Origin: an uncultured Planctomycetota bacterium
Lineage (GTDB): Bacteria > Planctomycetota > Planctomycetia > Isosphaerales > Isosphaeraceae
Length of the DNA: 64,000 nt
Assembly (NCBI GenBank): GCA_963845755.1
Contig: CAWJTV010000027.1
Location: forward strand, 96,001-160,000
Direction: 5' to 3'
In this document: positions 44,683 to 54,895 of the stretch, piece after piece
How positions within the stretch are numbered: position 1 is the stretch's first letter
Layout of the letters: each line of letters begins with the position of its first letter
The notes under the pieces: generated by a model
The model's input: the letters and a program-made list of their open reading frames with translations, nothing else
What the model was told of the DNA's origin: nothing
Database searches by the model: none
Program-made: the position numbers and the translations under genes

Positions 44683-45709
44683 ATGTCCACGGCCGGCGAC
44701 CGAATCACACAACTCCTTGACGAATTTCGACATTCGCGCGACGTCATGGTCGCCGAGCTGAGCAAGGTCATCATCGGTCAGCGCGAGGTCATCGAGCTGA
44801 TCCTGGCGGCGATCTTCACCCGGGGACACATCCTGCTGGTCGGCGTCCCGGGCCTGGCCAAGACCCTGCTGGTCAGCTCGATCGCCCGGATCCTCGACGT
44901 GAGCTTCAAGCGCATCCAGTTCACGCCCGACCTGATGCCGTCGGACATCACGGGGACCAACGTGCTGGAGGAGCCCGAAGCGGGCCGCCGGTCGTTCCGA
45001 TTCGTCGCCGGGCCGATCTTCGCCAATATCATTCTGGCCGACGAGATCAATCGAACGCCCCCCAAGACCCAGGCGGCGCTCCTCCAGGCGATGCAGGAAC
45101 GCGAGGTTACCGTCGGCCAGGAGACGATGCATCTCCCGGACCCCTTCTTCGTGATCGCGACCCAGAACCCGATCGAGCAGGAAGGGACCTACCCGCTCCC
45201 CGAAGCCCAGCTCGACCGGTTCATGTTCGACATCCGCATCGGTTATCCGACGCTGGATGAAGAGAAGAAGATTCTCCTGGCAACGACCAAGGGGGAGGTC
45301 CCCGACCTGAAGAAGGTGCTCTCGGGCAAGGCGATCGTCAACCTCCAGAAGCTCGTCACCTCGGTACCCGTCTCGGAGTACACCGTCGATTACGTGGCGC
45401 GGTTGGTCCGGGCGACCCGGCCGGCCGACGAGAAGGCCCCTCAATTCATCAAAGAGCTGGTCGATTATGGAGCCGGTCCGCGCCGGCCAGAACTTAATCC
45501 TCGGCGGCAAGGCCATGGCCGCGATGGACGGCCGATTCAGCGTCTCGCTCGACGACATTCGCAAGGTGGCGGTCCCCGTCTTGAGGCACCGGATCAGCAC
45601 GAATTTCCAGGCGCAGGCCGAAGGCCAGTCAACTGACACGCTGATCAAGCGGCTGGTCAGCGAGATCCGCGAGCCCGAGCCGCCCAAGTATGAAAGAGCG
45701 GCGCGGTAG
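44683..45709 (+). CDS. moxR: MoxR family AAA+ ATPase (frameshift near 45480)
   Basis: [30 protein letters not shown] and [22 protein letters not shown]; the C-terminal VLRHRI lies in ORF 45467..45709. Confidence 0.95.
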
Positions 45710-45750
45710 GGCGTTATGGAATTAGCGGAACCGCGCCCGATTGAAATGGA

Positions 45751-47127
45751 TCAATCGCTCACGCCGACCAGGACATATTCGCCCCGAGCCAGAGCGCGGG
45801 CCTTGCGCATCCAGGCGGCGAGCAGGTAGATCCCGGCCGCGGCCAGTCCCAGGGCCAGTCCCGCCCAGAGTCCGAAGACGCCGAACCCGCCGCTGAAAGC
45901 CAGAAGGTAGCCCATGGGTAGGCCGAGGCACCAGTGTGACACGAGGTTGCAGACCATGGGCGTGTGGGTATCGCCGGCGCCGCGCATGGCGCCGGTCGAG
46001 ACCCCTTGCAAACCGTCGAAGAGCTGGAAGGCGGCGGCGACCAGCATCAGCGAGCCGGCACTGGCGATCACGGCCGGATCGGTGGTGAACACGGAGACGA
46101 GGGCTCGGGGCATCATCGCAAACACGAGCCCGGCGCAGGCCATGAAGCCGGCCCCCAGCGCCAGTGCGGTCCAGCCGGCATGTCCGGCCGCGACCGGCTC
46201 GCCCCGTCCCAGCGCCTGCCCGACCCGCACCGCACCCGCGGTCGACAATCCCATCGGAATCATGAACGTCACGCTGGCGATGTCGAGCACCACGTGATGC
46301 GCCGCCAGGGCGACCGGGTCGAGCATCCCGGCCAGCGTCGTCGCCGCCGCGAACACGCCGACTTCCAGCGTCAGATGGACCGCCGCCGGCAGCCCCAGTC
46401 CGATGAGTCTCCCGAGCTGCACCGGACGCAGGCGCAGGGGCACCCGGATTAGCCCCGTCCGATGCCGCAGGTCGTAAACCAACGCGTAGCCGATCAGCAC
46501 GACGGCCATGTACGCTCGCGCCAGCGCGGTGGACCACCCCGACCCCACGACTCCCAGGGCGGGTGCACCCCAGTTCCCGTAGATCAGGACCCAGTCGCCC
46601 AGCGCGTCGAGCGCATTGGCGCTGATCAGGGCAAACATCACCGGCTTGGCCAGCCCCATCGCCTGCAAATATCGGCGAAACGCGAAGAATAGCAGGAGCG
46701 GCAACGTGCTCCAGATCTGCACCCGGAGGAACGGGACGGCCTGTCCTAGGACCGCCGGATGCAGGCCCACGCGATCCAGCAAGGGGATGCACGCCAGCAG
46801 CAGACCCATGACCATCGGCGCGAAGATCAGGCAGAGGTACACGCCCTGGACCAGCCACCGATGGCACTCGTCGCGACGCCCGGCGCCGAACGCCTGCGCG
46901 ACCAGGGTATCCAGACCCAGCAGCAGGCCCAGCCCGAAGACGGCCACCGTGAAATACAGCATATTGCCGATACTGACCGCCCCGATGGCCTCGGCTCCCA
47001 GCCGCCCGACGAAGATCGTGTCGACGACCCCCATCGCCATCCAGCCCAACTCGCCGGCAATCACCGGCCAGGCCAGGCTCAGCGTGGGCCGCAACTCCAT
47101 CCGGAATCCTCGCCAGATCCGTTGCAT
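45751..47127 (-). CDS. MATE family efflux transporter (NorM-like)
   Basis: LAWP, VDTIFVGRLG, VAQAFGA, RVGQALG, FQLFDGLQ and GAMRGAGDT motifs; about 12 TM helices. Confidence 0.95.
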   Translation of the reverse strand: MQRIWRGFRMELRPTLSLAWPVIAGELGWMAMGVVDTIFVGRLGAEAIGAVSIGNMLYFTVAVFGLGLLLGLDTLVAQAFGAGRRDECHRWLVQGVYLCLIFAPMVMGLLLACIPLLDRVGLHPAVLGQAVPFLRVQIWSTLPLLLFFAFRRYLQAMGLAKPVMFALISANALDALGDWVLIYGNWGAPALGVVGSGWSTALARAYMAVVLIGYALVYDLRHRTGLIRVPLRLRPVQLGRLIGLGLPAAVHLTLEVGVFAAATTLAGMLDPVALAAHHVVLDIASVTFMIPMGLSTAGAVRVGQALGRGEPVAAGHAGWTALALGAGFMACAGLVFAMMPRALVSVFTTDPAVIASAGSLMLVAAAFQLFDGLQGVSTGAMRGAGDTHTPMVCNLVSHWCLGLPMGYLLAFSGGFGVFGLWAGLALGLAAAGIYLLAAWMRKARALARGEYVLVGVSD

Positions 47128-47149
47128 GGTATCTCCCGCCCCCGATTCG

Positions 47150-47194
47150 GAAGGCTGAAGGATGAGTCAGACCGGATTAATTCATCCTTCATCT
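47150..47194. repeat. Mini (GGATGAA)-type inverted element
   Basis: gaaggctgaaggatgagtcaga...ttcatccttcatc; shares GAAGGATGAGTCAGA with the element near 7873-7885. Confidence 0.7.
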
Positions 47195-47460
47195 TTTCTC
47201 CGAAGCCCTCCCTCGGACACCACCTGCCGGCTAGGAGTTCACCGCTTCGGTCCCCGCAGTCCGGGCCGACCATGTTGGACTTCGCGGACGTAGTCTGTCA
47301 ATCGACCGGAGAAGCCGCATCCGGTGTCACGGCTCGCGAGGTTCGCTTGACACCACCGGAGGCGCGGGACCAAACTCGGGGAAGGAGCCCTTCTGCCCGA
47401 AGATACCCGGCCCACTCGAGGCCGATCATCCGCCAGGCTCGAGCCGCGAGGCCCGCGATC

Positions 47461-47996
47461 ATGACGACCCCGCAGACGCCGCAACCGCCCTTCGAGCCCG
47501 AGTCGCCCGCCGGCACCGAGACCGATCCGCGTTTCCCGTCCGGACCCTGGCCGGGTTCTTCCTCATGGCTGCTCTGCCGGGCCGCCATCAGATGGAGCTA
47601 CACCTCAGCTTCTGCCGGGGGGTCATGACGGGCGAGGGCCGCGACTGGGTCGGTTCGTTTCTGATTCGCGGCCAGTACAAACTCGACAGCGGCAAGTGCC
47701 ACTGGACTAAACGCTATATCGGCAAGCACGACGTCGCCTATCAAGGCTACAACGAGGGAAAGGGTATCTGGGGCCTCTGGGAGATCCCGCCGTTCTCGCG
47801 GGGCGGATTCCACATCTGGCCGGAGGCGATGGGTGACCCCACGTCCCCCCACCTTGCCGAGGCCATCGATACCCCGGTTGAAGCCCCCGACGACCCGGAT
47901 CCCGTACCCGAAGCCGAGGTCGGCGTCGGTGTCGCCGAACCCGAACCGGTCGGCGCATCGGCCGATATCGATTCGCTGTTGGTCATTGGTCATTAA
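47461..47996 (+). CDS. Hypothetical beta-rich protein (frameshift near 47550)
   Basis: DPRFPSGPW joined to GFFL...GEGRDWVG.F...KRYIGKHDVAYQG...GIWGLW...GGFHIWP. Confidence 0.72.
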
Positions 47997-48170
47997 CCAT
48001 GGGAGAGGAGACCGACAACCGCCAGTCGTCGCTACTCCAGAAGGATTCCGGACTCGAGATTCCGGATTCCGGAATCATCCCTATGATGCAATCTCGAATG
48101 TGAGTTGAGAATTTCCCAGACGCGCGCACGGCGCAGAGATTCGACCGAAAAGGAGTCTACTGACCAATGG

Positions 48171-49466
48171 CTACGGGCTACTCACCGCCCTGAGCCGGTG
48201 ATAGTTGGCCAGGCCGACATTGCCCTGCTTCTCATAGTAATCGGCGAGCAATTGATTGGTTGGGGCATGATTCGGGTCCACTCGGAGGATTTCCGTGGCC
48301 CACTTCAGCCCCTCGTGCTGATGTCCGTGGACGAACATCCACAGGGCGACCTGGTAACGCGCGTCGCGATCATTGGGATTGTTGAGGAGCTTGTTGCGGA
48401 GTTGCAGGATGTCCTCCTGCTCGTTGCGGAGCCGCGCCGCGACCTGGTCCTCCGTCCGGGCCCGCGCCTCATCGCCCGAAAGCTTCAGGGCCTGGGCGTA
48501 GGAATAGCGGATCTCGTAGTCGTAGGGGGCGACCTGGGTGAGGAGTTCGAGGCGGCGGCCCGCTTGGCGGAAACGTCTGAGCCGCATGTCGGTCTGGGCC
48601 ATTTCCTTGAGCGCATCGGGCTGACGGGGATCGAGACGGAGGGCTTCCTCGAAGTAGTGCGTGGCCCCGTCGAGATCGTCGTTCTGGAAGGCATTGCGCC
48701 CCAGTCCGACCAGGGCCGAGGCATCGCCGGGCTTCCGCGCGAGGTAGGCGCGGAACTGCTGTTCGGCCTCGTCGAATCGGCGCATCTTGGTGAGCTGCTC
48801 GGCCAGTCCGAGACGGGCCTTGTCGAGGTCGGGGTCCCGCTCCAGCGCCGCCTGATAGTTCCGGACCTGGATCTCGGGCTCGGCCGCCGACCGCGAGGCG
48901 ACCTCATTGCTCGCCAGGTAGGGCTGGGGATCCTCGGCGCGCAGGGTCCGCCAGCGCTCGATCGGTTCGGCGGCCTGGGAAAGCCGGTAGGTGGCCAGGT
49001 AGATCCGCGCCAGCTCCCGGGCCACCTCGGTCCGGGGCTCCCGGTTGCGGTCGAACGCGTCCCGCAGGAGCGGCTCGGCCTCGCTGATATGGCCGGCTCG
49101 GGCCTGGCAAACCCCGGTCAGCGGTCTCAACACATCGGGATCGAAACCGAGCCGCGATGCCCGATCGAGGCCCTCGATCGCTTCCTCGGGGTGCTGGTCG
49201 ACCAGGGCTATCCATGCCCGGTAGTATTGGGCCTCTCCCGAGCGCGGCTGTTTTCGGATCCAACGCTGTATCAGGCCCCGCGCTTGGTCGTATCGTCGCG
49301 CGGCGAGCAATCCCCGGACTGACCTGGCCAGGCGGAAGACCTGATACTGATCGTATGCGAAGGACGCACCGGCCACCACGAGCACCAAGATCAGCCCCGC
49401 CACGATTCGCGGGTGGCGGCCGACAAGTGACGAGGGGCGGCTGGGCGGGTTGTCAGCTCGTTGCAT
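48171..49466 (-). CDS. Membrane-anchored TPR protein
   Basis: One TM helix followed by many TPR units (ALERDPD, ALRLDP). The start is uncertain (49466-49538). Confidence 0.88.
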   Translation of the reverse strand: MQRADNPPSRPSSLVGRHPRIVAGLILVLVVAGASFAYDQYQVFRLARSVRGLLAARRYDQARGLIQRWIRKQPRSGEAQYYRAWIALVDQHPEEAIEGLDRASRLGFDPDVLRPLTGVCQARAGHISEAEPLLRDAFDRNREPRTEVARELARIYLATYRLSQAAEPIERWRTLRAEDPQPYLASNEVASRSAAEPEIQVRNYQAALERDPDLDKARLGLAEQLTKMRRFDEAEQQFRAYLARKPGDASALVGLGRNAFQNDDLDGATHYFEEALRLDPRQPDALKEMAQTDMRLRRFRQAGRRLELLTQVAPYDYEIRYSYAQALKLSGDEARARTEDQVAARLRNEQEDILQLRNKLLNNPNDRDARYQVALWMFVHGHQHEGLKWATEILRVDPNHAPTNQLLADYYEKQGNVGLANYHRLRAVSSP

Positions 49467-49705
49467 CGGTTCCGGCGCGAGGCGCGTCTCGATAATCGGT
49501 TGGCAGGCCATGACCTGACCCGCAGGCGCACCTTCCACAATACCCGCTTGCCGCGCGAGATGGCTATCCGCTGGAGCCGATCCTGGACCCTGGGCCTGAG
49601 GCGGGAGTCAACATCGATGGCCGGGTTGACCGGGCCGATCCGGCTCGGATCGGCTTGATTCCGCCCCGGCCCGAGCGGAAGTCCCGCGGTGGTTCCGGAG
49701 CCGCC

Positions 49706-50797
49706 TCAATCGGGACAGTGACGGCGATCCGGGTCCCCCCTCCCCAGCTCATGTCCCGGATCGTCGTGAGGGGACAACGAGGTCCGAGGGGCACCCGGGA
49801 CTTTCATCTTCGAGACGGCGCGCGACGAGAACCGCATGGGGAGTAACGCTTGAAGGTCGGAGAATCCCCCACCCGTAGTGAGCACGGCCATACATGTACC
49901 GAAGACCACTGAGAAAGAGAGGACGAAGAAGATCAAGACGACCGAGCCGAACCGGGCGACTCTGGGAAATCGGCGACTGGGCTCGCGGATTGTCTCGGCC
50001 GGCTCCGGCGGCTCGACGCCCAGGGATTCCGGATCCGACGGGGGCGACGGATCGGGGGGGGCCCCGAGCGAGCCGGGGGGGACCGCCAATCGCACCGTCT
50101 TCCAGACCAGGTCGACCGGGACGACTTCGGCGAAGACCCGCCCGCGCGCGACGGCCGTCAGCAGGAAGGCCGCCGAGAGGGCCAGTCCGCGCTTGGTCAA
50201 CCGCGACCGGAGCAGGTCGCGCGCCCGCGACAACCGTCCCTTGACCGTCCCCACCGGCCAGTGCAACAGCTCCGCGACTTCCTCGTTCGTTTTGCCCTCG
50301 AGATAGCTCAGGATCACCGGGATCCGGTACTTCTCCGGTAGCCGATCGATCTCTTCATGCAGGACCGGCCGCAGCTCGTTCCAGGCCGCATGCTCGTCTT
50401 GGTCGTCCGGTTCATTCTCCGGCAGTACCATGGCCATCCCTTGTCTTTCGAGCACCTGGCGACGGACCGTGCTGGCGCGCAACTTGATGGCGATGCGATA
50501 GGCGACCTCGTGGAGCCAACCGGAAAGGACCCGGCGATCTCGGATGGAAGCCCCCTTCCGTGCCAGCACCAGGAAGGTGGCCTGGAACGCGTCCTCGGCG
50601 TCCTGGACCTGATTGAGCACGTGCCGGCAGATCCCCAGCACCATCGGCCCGTGGCGCACCACCAGCGTCCGAAACGCCTCCTGGGAATCGGGCTCCTCAC
50701 CGCTGAGGAATTGCTCCAGCAACTCCTCGTCCGAGAACTCCAAGGTACCCGACGAACCTTCGTGTCTTATCAGCCTCTTCGCCAGCGAACTTGCCAT
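49706..50797 (-). CDS. ECF sigma-70 factor with C-terminal extension and TM helix
   Basis: SDEELLEQF, RHGPMVLGICR, DAEDAFQATFLVL and GTVKGRLSRAR motifs; GAGGAG RBS. Confidence 0.92.
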   Translation of the reverse strand: MASSLAKRLIRHEGSSGTLEFSDEELLEQFLSGEEPDSQEAFRTLVVRHGPMVLGICRHVLNQVQDAEDAFQATFLVLARKGASIRDRRVLSGWLHEVAYRIAIKLRASTVRRQVLERQGMAMVLPENEPDDQDEHAAWNELRPVLHEEIDRLPEKYRIPVILSYLEGKTNEEVAELLHWPVGTVKGRLSRARDLLRSRLTKRGLALSAAFLLTAVARGRVFAEVVPVDLVWKTVRLAVPPGSLGAPPDPSPPSDPESLGVEPPEPAETIREPSRRFPRVARFGSVVLIFFVLSFSVVFGTCMAVLTTGGGFSDLQALLPMRFSSRAVSKMKVPGAPRTSLSPHDDPGHELGRGDPDRRHCPD

Positions 50798-51045
50798 GTT
50801 GGCGGCTCCTCGTATCCTCACCAGTTTATCGTATCTCGACTCAAATGTCCGGTTACAACATCCCGAACGATTCGAGGTTCTCCTGGTTCCGGACGCTCTG
50901 CTCTGTGAGGAAGACAGCTTGACGGATTCGATGTGTCGATTGGGTGTCCCGGATCTTCAGGGAAGGGACTGCGGCTCTCCGACCAGTCATGAGTGAAATT
51001 AGGTGCGCCGGGACTACCGATTCGGGTCGGCCTGGAGGTCCTTCA

Positions 51046-51134
51046 AGGGGCGTAGCCCCGTCCGAGCCGCCGTGGGGGGATTGTCGGACATCCACGGCGT
51101 GAAAGCTTGTTGCTCGGACGGGGCTTCGTCCCCT
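51046..51134. other. Nested stem-loop in the long intergenic region upstream of the ECF sigma gene
   Basis: 14-bp stem 51054-51067/51112-51125, inner 8-bp stem 51068-51075/51092-51099 and outer AGGGG/CCCCT. Confidence 0.55.
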
Positions 51135-51902
51135 GCGGAGAAATCGCAGCGCCCGGCTGAGATCAGAGCGGTTTTCCCGCGAAAAAGCGGGGTTTCGTCC
51201 GGGCCTCTTCCCGGCGTATTCCGGCTTGGCCCGACTCACGCTCTCGCGCTGGGATCAGTTTTCCCCACGTGAGGTCTCGATCGGTTGTCCTGGAGGTGGA
51301 GGGCACAGTTACGACCCGCCCCTCGGCAATCGAAGCTGCTCCGGTTCCCGGGATGGCGCATCGTATCGGTACTGGGCACGACTCTCTCACCAGTCGCGCC
51401 GGTTGCCTCGACTTTTCATCGAGGATGTGGATCTCGTCCTCGACGGCCATCACGGTGGTAGGTCCTGGCTGAGATTCCGGGCAGGGCCATACGCTCGCGC
51501 CATGGGACGCAACGTCGTAAACCTGGATTGCAAAATCCTCCTCAATAAAAGAGTGGGCGACTCGACGAATGGTTACAGAAACCCGAAAAAAAAAGTGCCC
51601 ACGAGCGAGATTGGTGAGTTTTCGGACGATTGCCGCGGCGTTCGACTCCCACGGGATTTTATCCTAACCCGATGAAACGGCGAAGGATCCGTCAGTCATC
51701 GCCCTGGCGGGCGCGCCGGGTTAATCCGAGGTTCCTGATGGCACTTCCCCATCCAGGCTCATTGAGCCAAGAAAACAACGCGACGGCAACGCATCGGGGA
51801 TCGGTGGTGGCCAGACGCTGCAGATTGCCCTGAATCCCCCCTTTCTACAGACCCGTGGAGGCGAGGATGGTTCGATAACTTCGCGACCGTCCGCAACCGG
51901 CG

Positions 51903-53894
51903 TCAAAGAGGGGTCTTGACGAATTCTGGGGTCTCGACGACGCGGGGGCAGTTGGGCAGGGAGTTGAGGAAGGTGCGGCCGTAGGGCTTGGTGAGGACGC
52001 GGGGGTCGAGGATCACGACGATGCCCCGGTCGGTCTTGGTGCGGATCAGCCGGCCGAATCCCTGCTTGAGTTTGATGACGGCTTCGGGGACTTGATATTC
52101 GAAGAACGGGCTGCCGCCGCGGCGGCGGATCTCCTCGAGCCGGGCTTCCAGGAGGGGATGGCTCGGGACGGAGAACGGCAGCCGGGTAATGATGACGTTC
52201 GAGAGCGCCTCGCCGGGCACGTCCACTCCCTGCCAGAAGCTGTCGGCCCCGAAGATGACGCTGTTGACGTCGGCCTTGAAGGCGTCGACCATCTTCGAGC
52301 GGGGCATGCCTTCGCCCTGGGCGAAGACGGCGATGTTGCGCCGGGCCAGCCAGGGGGTCAGTGCGCGCGAGGCGGCCTCGAGCATCTTGTACGAGGTGAA
52401 CAGGACGAACGCCTTGCCCTGGGTCCGCTCGAGATAATGCGCGATGGCCCCGATGGCGTCCTTTTCGAACTGGCCGGGCTGATCGGACGGGTCCGAGAGG
52501 TTGGTAGGGAGATGGACGGTCACCTGCTGGGCGTAGTCGAAGGGGCTGCCCAGAGCGAGGGTCTCGGCGGCGGTCAGACCGATCCGGGCGCGGATGAAGT
52601 CGAAGCGTGGCGGCGAGCCGACGCAGAGCGTGGCCGAGGTCAGCACGCAGGTGGGGACCTCGGTGAACAGCAGGTTGCGCAGAGCGGGGCCGACGTCCAG
52701 GGGCGCCGCGGCCAGCCGGATCCGCCGTCGGGTGCGGTTCTCCATCTCGACCCAGTAGACGGCACCTTCGGCCGACTGCCGCATCCAGTGGGCGATCTGA
52801 TCGGCCAGCGACCGGCACCGGTCCTCGGCGGCGATCAACTCGATCTTGTCCTCGGGCTTCTCGATCCCGAGCCTTCGAGTGCCCTGATCGATGGCGGTCG
52901 CCAGCCGGCGCAGCTCCTCGCAGAGGAACTCGCTCCAGCCGGGCGGCTGGCGGACCCGGCCGTTGAAGCCGGCGGGCTGGCGTTGGTACCAGTCGGCGAT
53001 CCGATCGAAGAAGTCCTCGGCCGCCGTCCGGGTCCGCTGCACCTGCTGCATCGCCCCGTCGAGCTTGTGGCTGGCCAGCAGGCCCTTGCGCGACTTCTCG
53101 CTGAAAAGCCGCGCGAGAATGTAATCGATCCCCAGGTTGGTAAGCTGCAAGCCCAGGTGCTCGCCCGCGACGGCCTCCAGCGTATGGGCCTCGTCGAGCA
53201 CGGCCACGTCGTAGTCTGGCAACAGCCCGTGGCCCTCCCCCCGCAGCGCCAGGTCGGCGACGAACAGCGCATGATTGACCACCAGCACGTTGGCCGAGCG
53301 CATCCGCCGCCGGGCCTTGTAGAAGAAACATTCGCTATGTCGGGGGCACTCGCGGCCCAGGCAGTTGCCGTCCTCGCTCTGCACGGCCTCCCAGACGCTG
53401 GGCATCGGCCGGAAGTCGAGGTCGGAGCGGCTGCCGTCGGTCGTCCGGCCCGCCCACATCCGGATCGTCGCGAGCTGGTCGACCTCCTCGGGCCGCTGGA
53501 ACAGGGTATCCTGGCGCTGGACGGCCACATCCAGCCGTCGCAGGCTGATGTAGTTCGATCGCCCCTTGACCAGGACCGCCGTGAACTCCTCCGGCATCAC
53601 CGCGCGGAGGAACGGGATGTCCTTCTGGAGCAACTGCTCCTGGAGCGCGATCGTATGCGTCGAGACGACGATCTTCTTCTTGGGGTCGGCCGTCGCCTGG
53701 ATGGCCGGGACCAGGTAGGCGAAGCTCTTGCCCACGCCCGTCCCCGCCTCGACGATCAGGTGGCCGGGCTTCTCGATGGCGCGCGCGACCGCCTGGGCCA
53801 TCGCGAGCTGCTCCCGGCGGTGCTCGTAGCTGGGCAGCCGCCGCGCAATGGCGCCCCCGGGGCCAAGGATCGAGACCGGGTCCAGATGTGCCAT
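51903..53894 (-). CDS. dinG: DinG/YoaA family ATP-dependent DNA helicase
   Basis: Q motif RREQ, EAGTGVGKS, LVKGRSNY, DEAH, LTSATL, LFTSY, SFWQGVDVPG and KQGFGRLIR. Confidence 0.95.
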   Translation of the reverse strand: MAHLDPVSILGPGGAIARRLPSYEHRREQLAMAQAVARAIEKPGHLIVEAGTGVGKSFAYLVPAIQATADPKKKIVVSTHTIALQEQLLQKDIPFLRAVMPEEFTAVLVKGRSNYISLRRLDVAVQRQDTLFQRPEEVDQLATIRMWAGRTTDGSRSDLDFRPMPSVWEAVQSEDGNCLGRECPRHSECFFYKARRRMRSANVLVVNHALFVADLALRGEGHGLLPDYDVAVLDEAHTLEAVAGEHLGLQLTNLGIDYILARLFSEKSRKGLLASHKLDGAMQQVQRTRTAAEDFFDRIADWYQRQPAGFNGRVRQPPGWSEFLCEELRRLATAIDQGTRRLGIEKPEDKIELIAAEDRCRSLADQIAHWMRQSAEGAVYWVEMENRTRRRIRLAAAPLDVGPALRNLLFTEVPTCVLTSATLCVGSPPRFDFIRARIGLTAAETLALGSPFDYAQQVTVHLPTNLSDPSDQPGQFEKDAIGAIAHYLERTQGKAFVLFTSYKMLEAASRALTPWLARRNIAVFAQGEGMPRSKMVDAFKADVNSVIFGADSFWQGVDVPGEALSNVIITRLPFSVPSHPLLEARLEEIRRRGGSPFFEYQVPEAVIKLKQGFGRLIRTKTDRGIVVILDPRVLTKPYGRTFLNSLPNCPRVVETPEFVKTPL

Positions 53895-53952
53895 GTCGCT
53901 CTCGGAGGGTCCGCCGCAATCGTCATAACAAGGAATTGATAAGAATCATCGA

Positions 53953-54390
53953 TCAAGTCCGGGTTGCTGCTCGGTATTTGGCGATCGCGGCGGCCGCGGA
54001 GGTTTTTCTCGCCGAGTCCGCGGCGAAGTCATCCAGGTGTTCGATGGCCTGCCGGGCTTTTTCGGCGGCGGATCGGGCATTTGAGAGTTTCTCCACTCGG
54101 GTAGCACTCATGTCGTAGTCTGCGCGGTTTCTCTCGTTGCGCATGTCATCGATTGATCTGCCAACATTGTCGAGCACGGCATCTCCACTTTGCTGAAGGT
54201 AGATCACCAGCTTCTTGTGCTTACTATCCCCTTTGCCCGGAGAATGTCCGATCGAGGTGAGAATATCCGCCGCGACGTTCAGCGCAGCAAAGTAGGCCCG
54301 GCTGATCGCCGAGCGATACGCGGCCGGCCCGGTCGCAGGTCGTCTCACGACGATATCGATGGCGACCTGATTGAAATCACGGGGATCCAT
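53953..54390 (-). CDS. HEPN domain protein
   Basis: RSAISRAYFAA, H (SKHK) and RNRADY motifs. Confidence 0.8.
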   Translation of the reverse strand: MDPRDFNQVAIDIVVRRPATGPAAYRSAISRAYFAALNVAADILTSIGHSPGKGDSKHKKLVIYLQQSGDAVLDNVGRSIDDMRNERNRADYDMSATRVEKLSNARSAAEKARQAIEHLDDFAADSARKTSAAAAIAKYRAATRT

Positions 54391-54405
54391 GAGGATTCGC
54401 ACCCG

Positions 54406-54726
54406 TTAGATGATGTCGGTGGCGAGGCGGATCAACCGGACCTCCGGCAATTTGGCGAATTGCGTCCAGGCTCCGCCATAATGCCAATCTGCCGCCACGC
54501 ATTCCGAGACACTGCCTTGAATCTGAATCTCGAGGACGAGGTACTCCTCGCCATTGTCGGGATCCTGCTCAAACACGACGACGGGTTTCCCCACGATCGT
54601 GAAATACTCTCGCGCCAATTCCAGGGCTTTGGCCAGATGGTCGAAGAGGGCATGACGTTCGCAGAACTCGCGGACTTCGTCGGTGAGCGGCGGCATCTCG
54701 ACGGCCAGAACGGGATTCGGCAACAT
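54406..54726 (-). CDS. Small acidic protein, putative partner/antitoxin of the HEPN protein
   Basis: 106 aa with an AAGGAG RBS; its stop lies 15 bp before the HEPN start. Confidence 0.65.
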   Translation of the reverse strand: MLPNPVLAVEMPPLTDEVREFCERHALFDHLAKALELAREYFTIVGKPVVVFEQDPDNGEEYLVLEIQIQGSVSECVAADWHYGGAWTQFAKLPEVRLIRLATDII

Positions 54727-54895
54727 GGTGTACTCCTTACAAGGTTCGTGGGCGAAACCATGAGTCGGAAACTTGGCGGCCCGCCAGCATGATGTCCAGC
54801 ATGGATTTCCGCCGTCAGTGTCGCGCAGGGATTGCCGGTCGCCCTCCGGGCCGACCGCGTTATTGTAACACAGGAAACTGCGGCCGCGCCCCTGC

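Noticed and set aside
51903..54726. DinG + HEPN as a type IV CRISPR or defence locus
   Set aside because: There are no csf/cas genes or array, and the helicase looks like the ordinary housekeeping DinG/YoaA.
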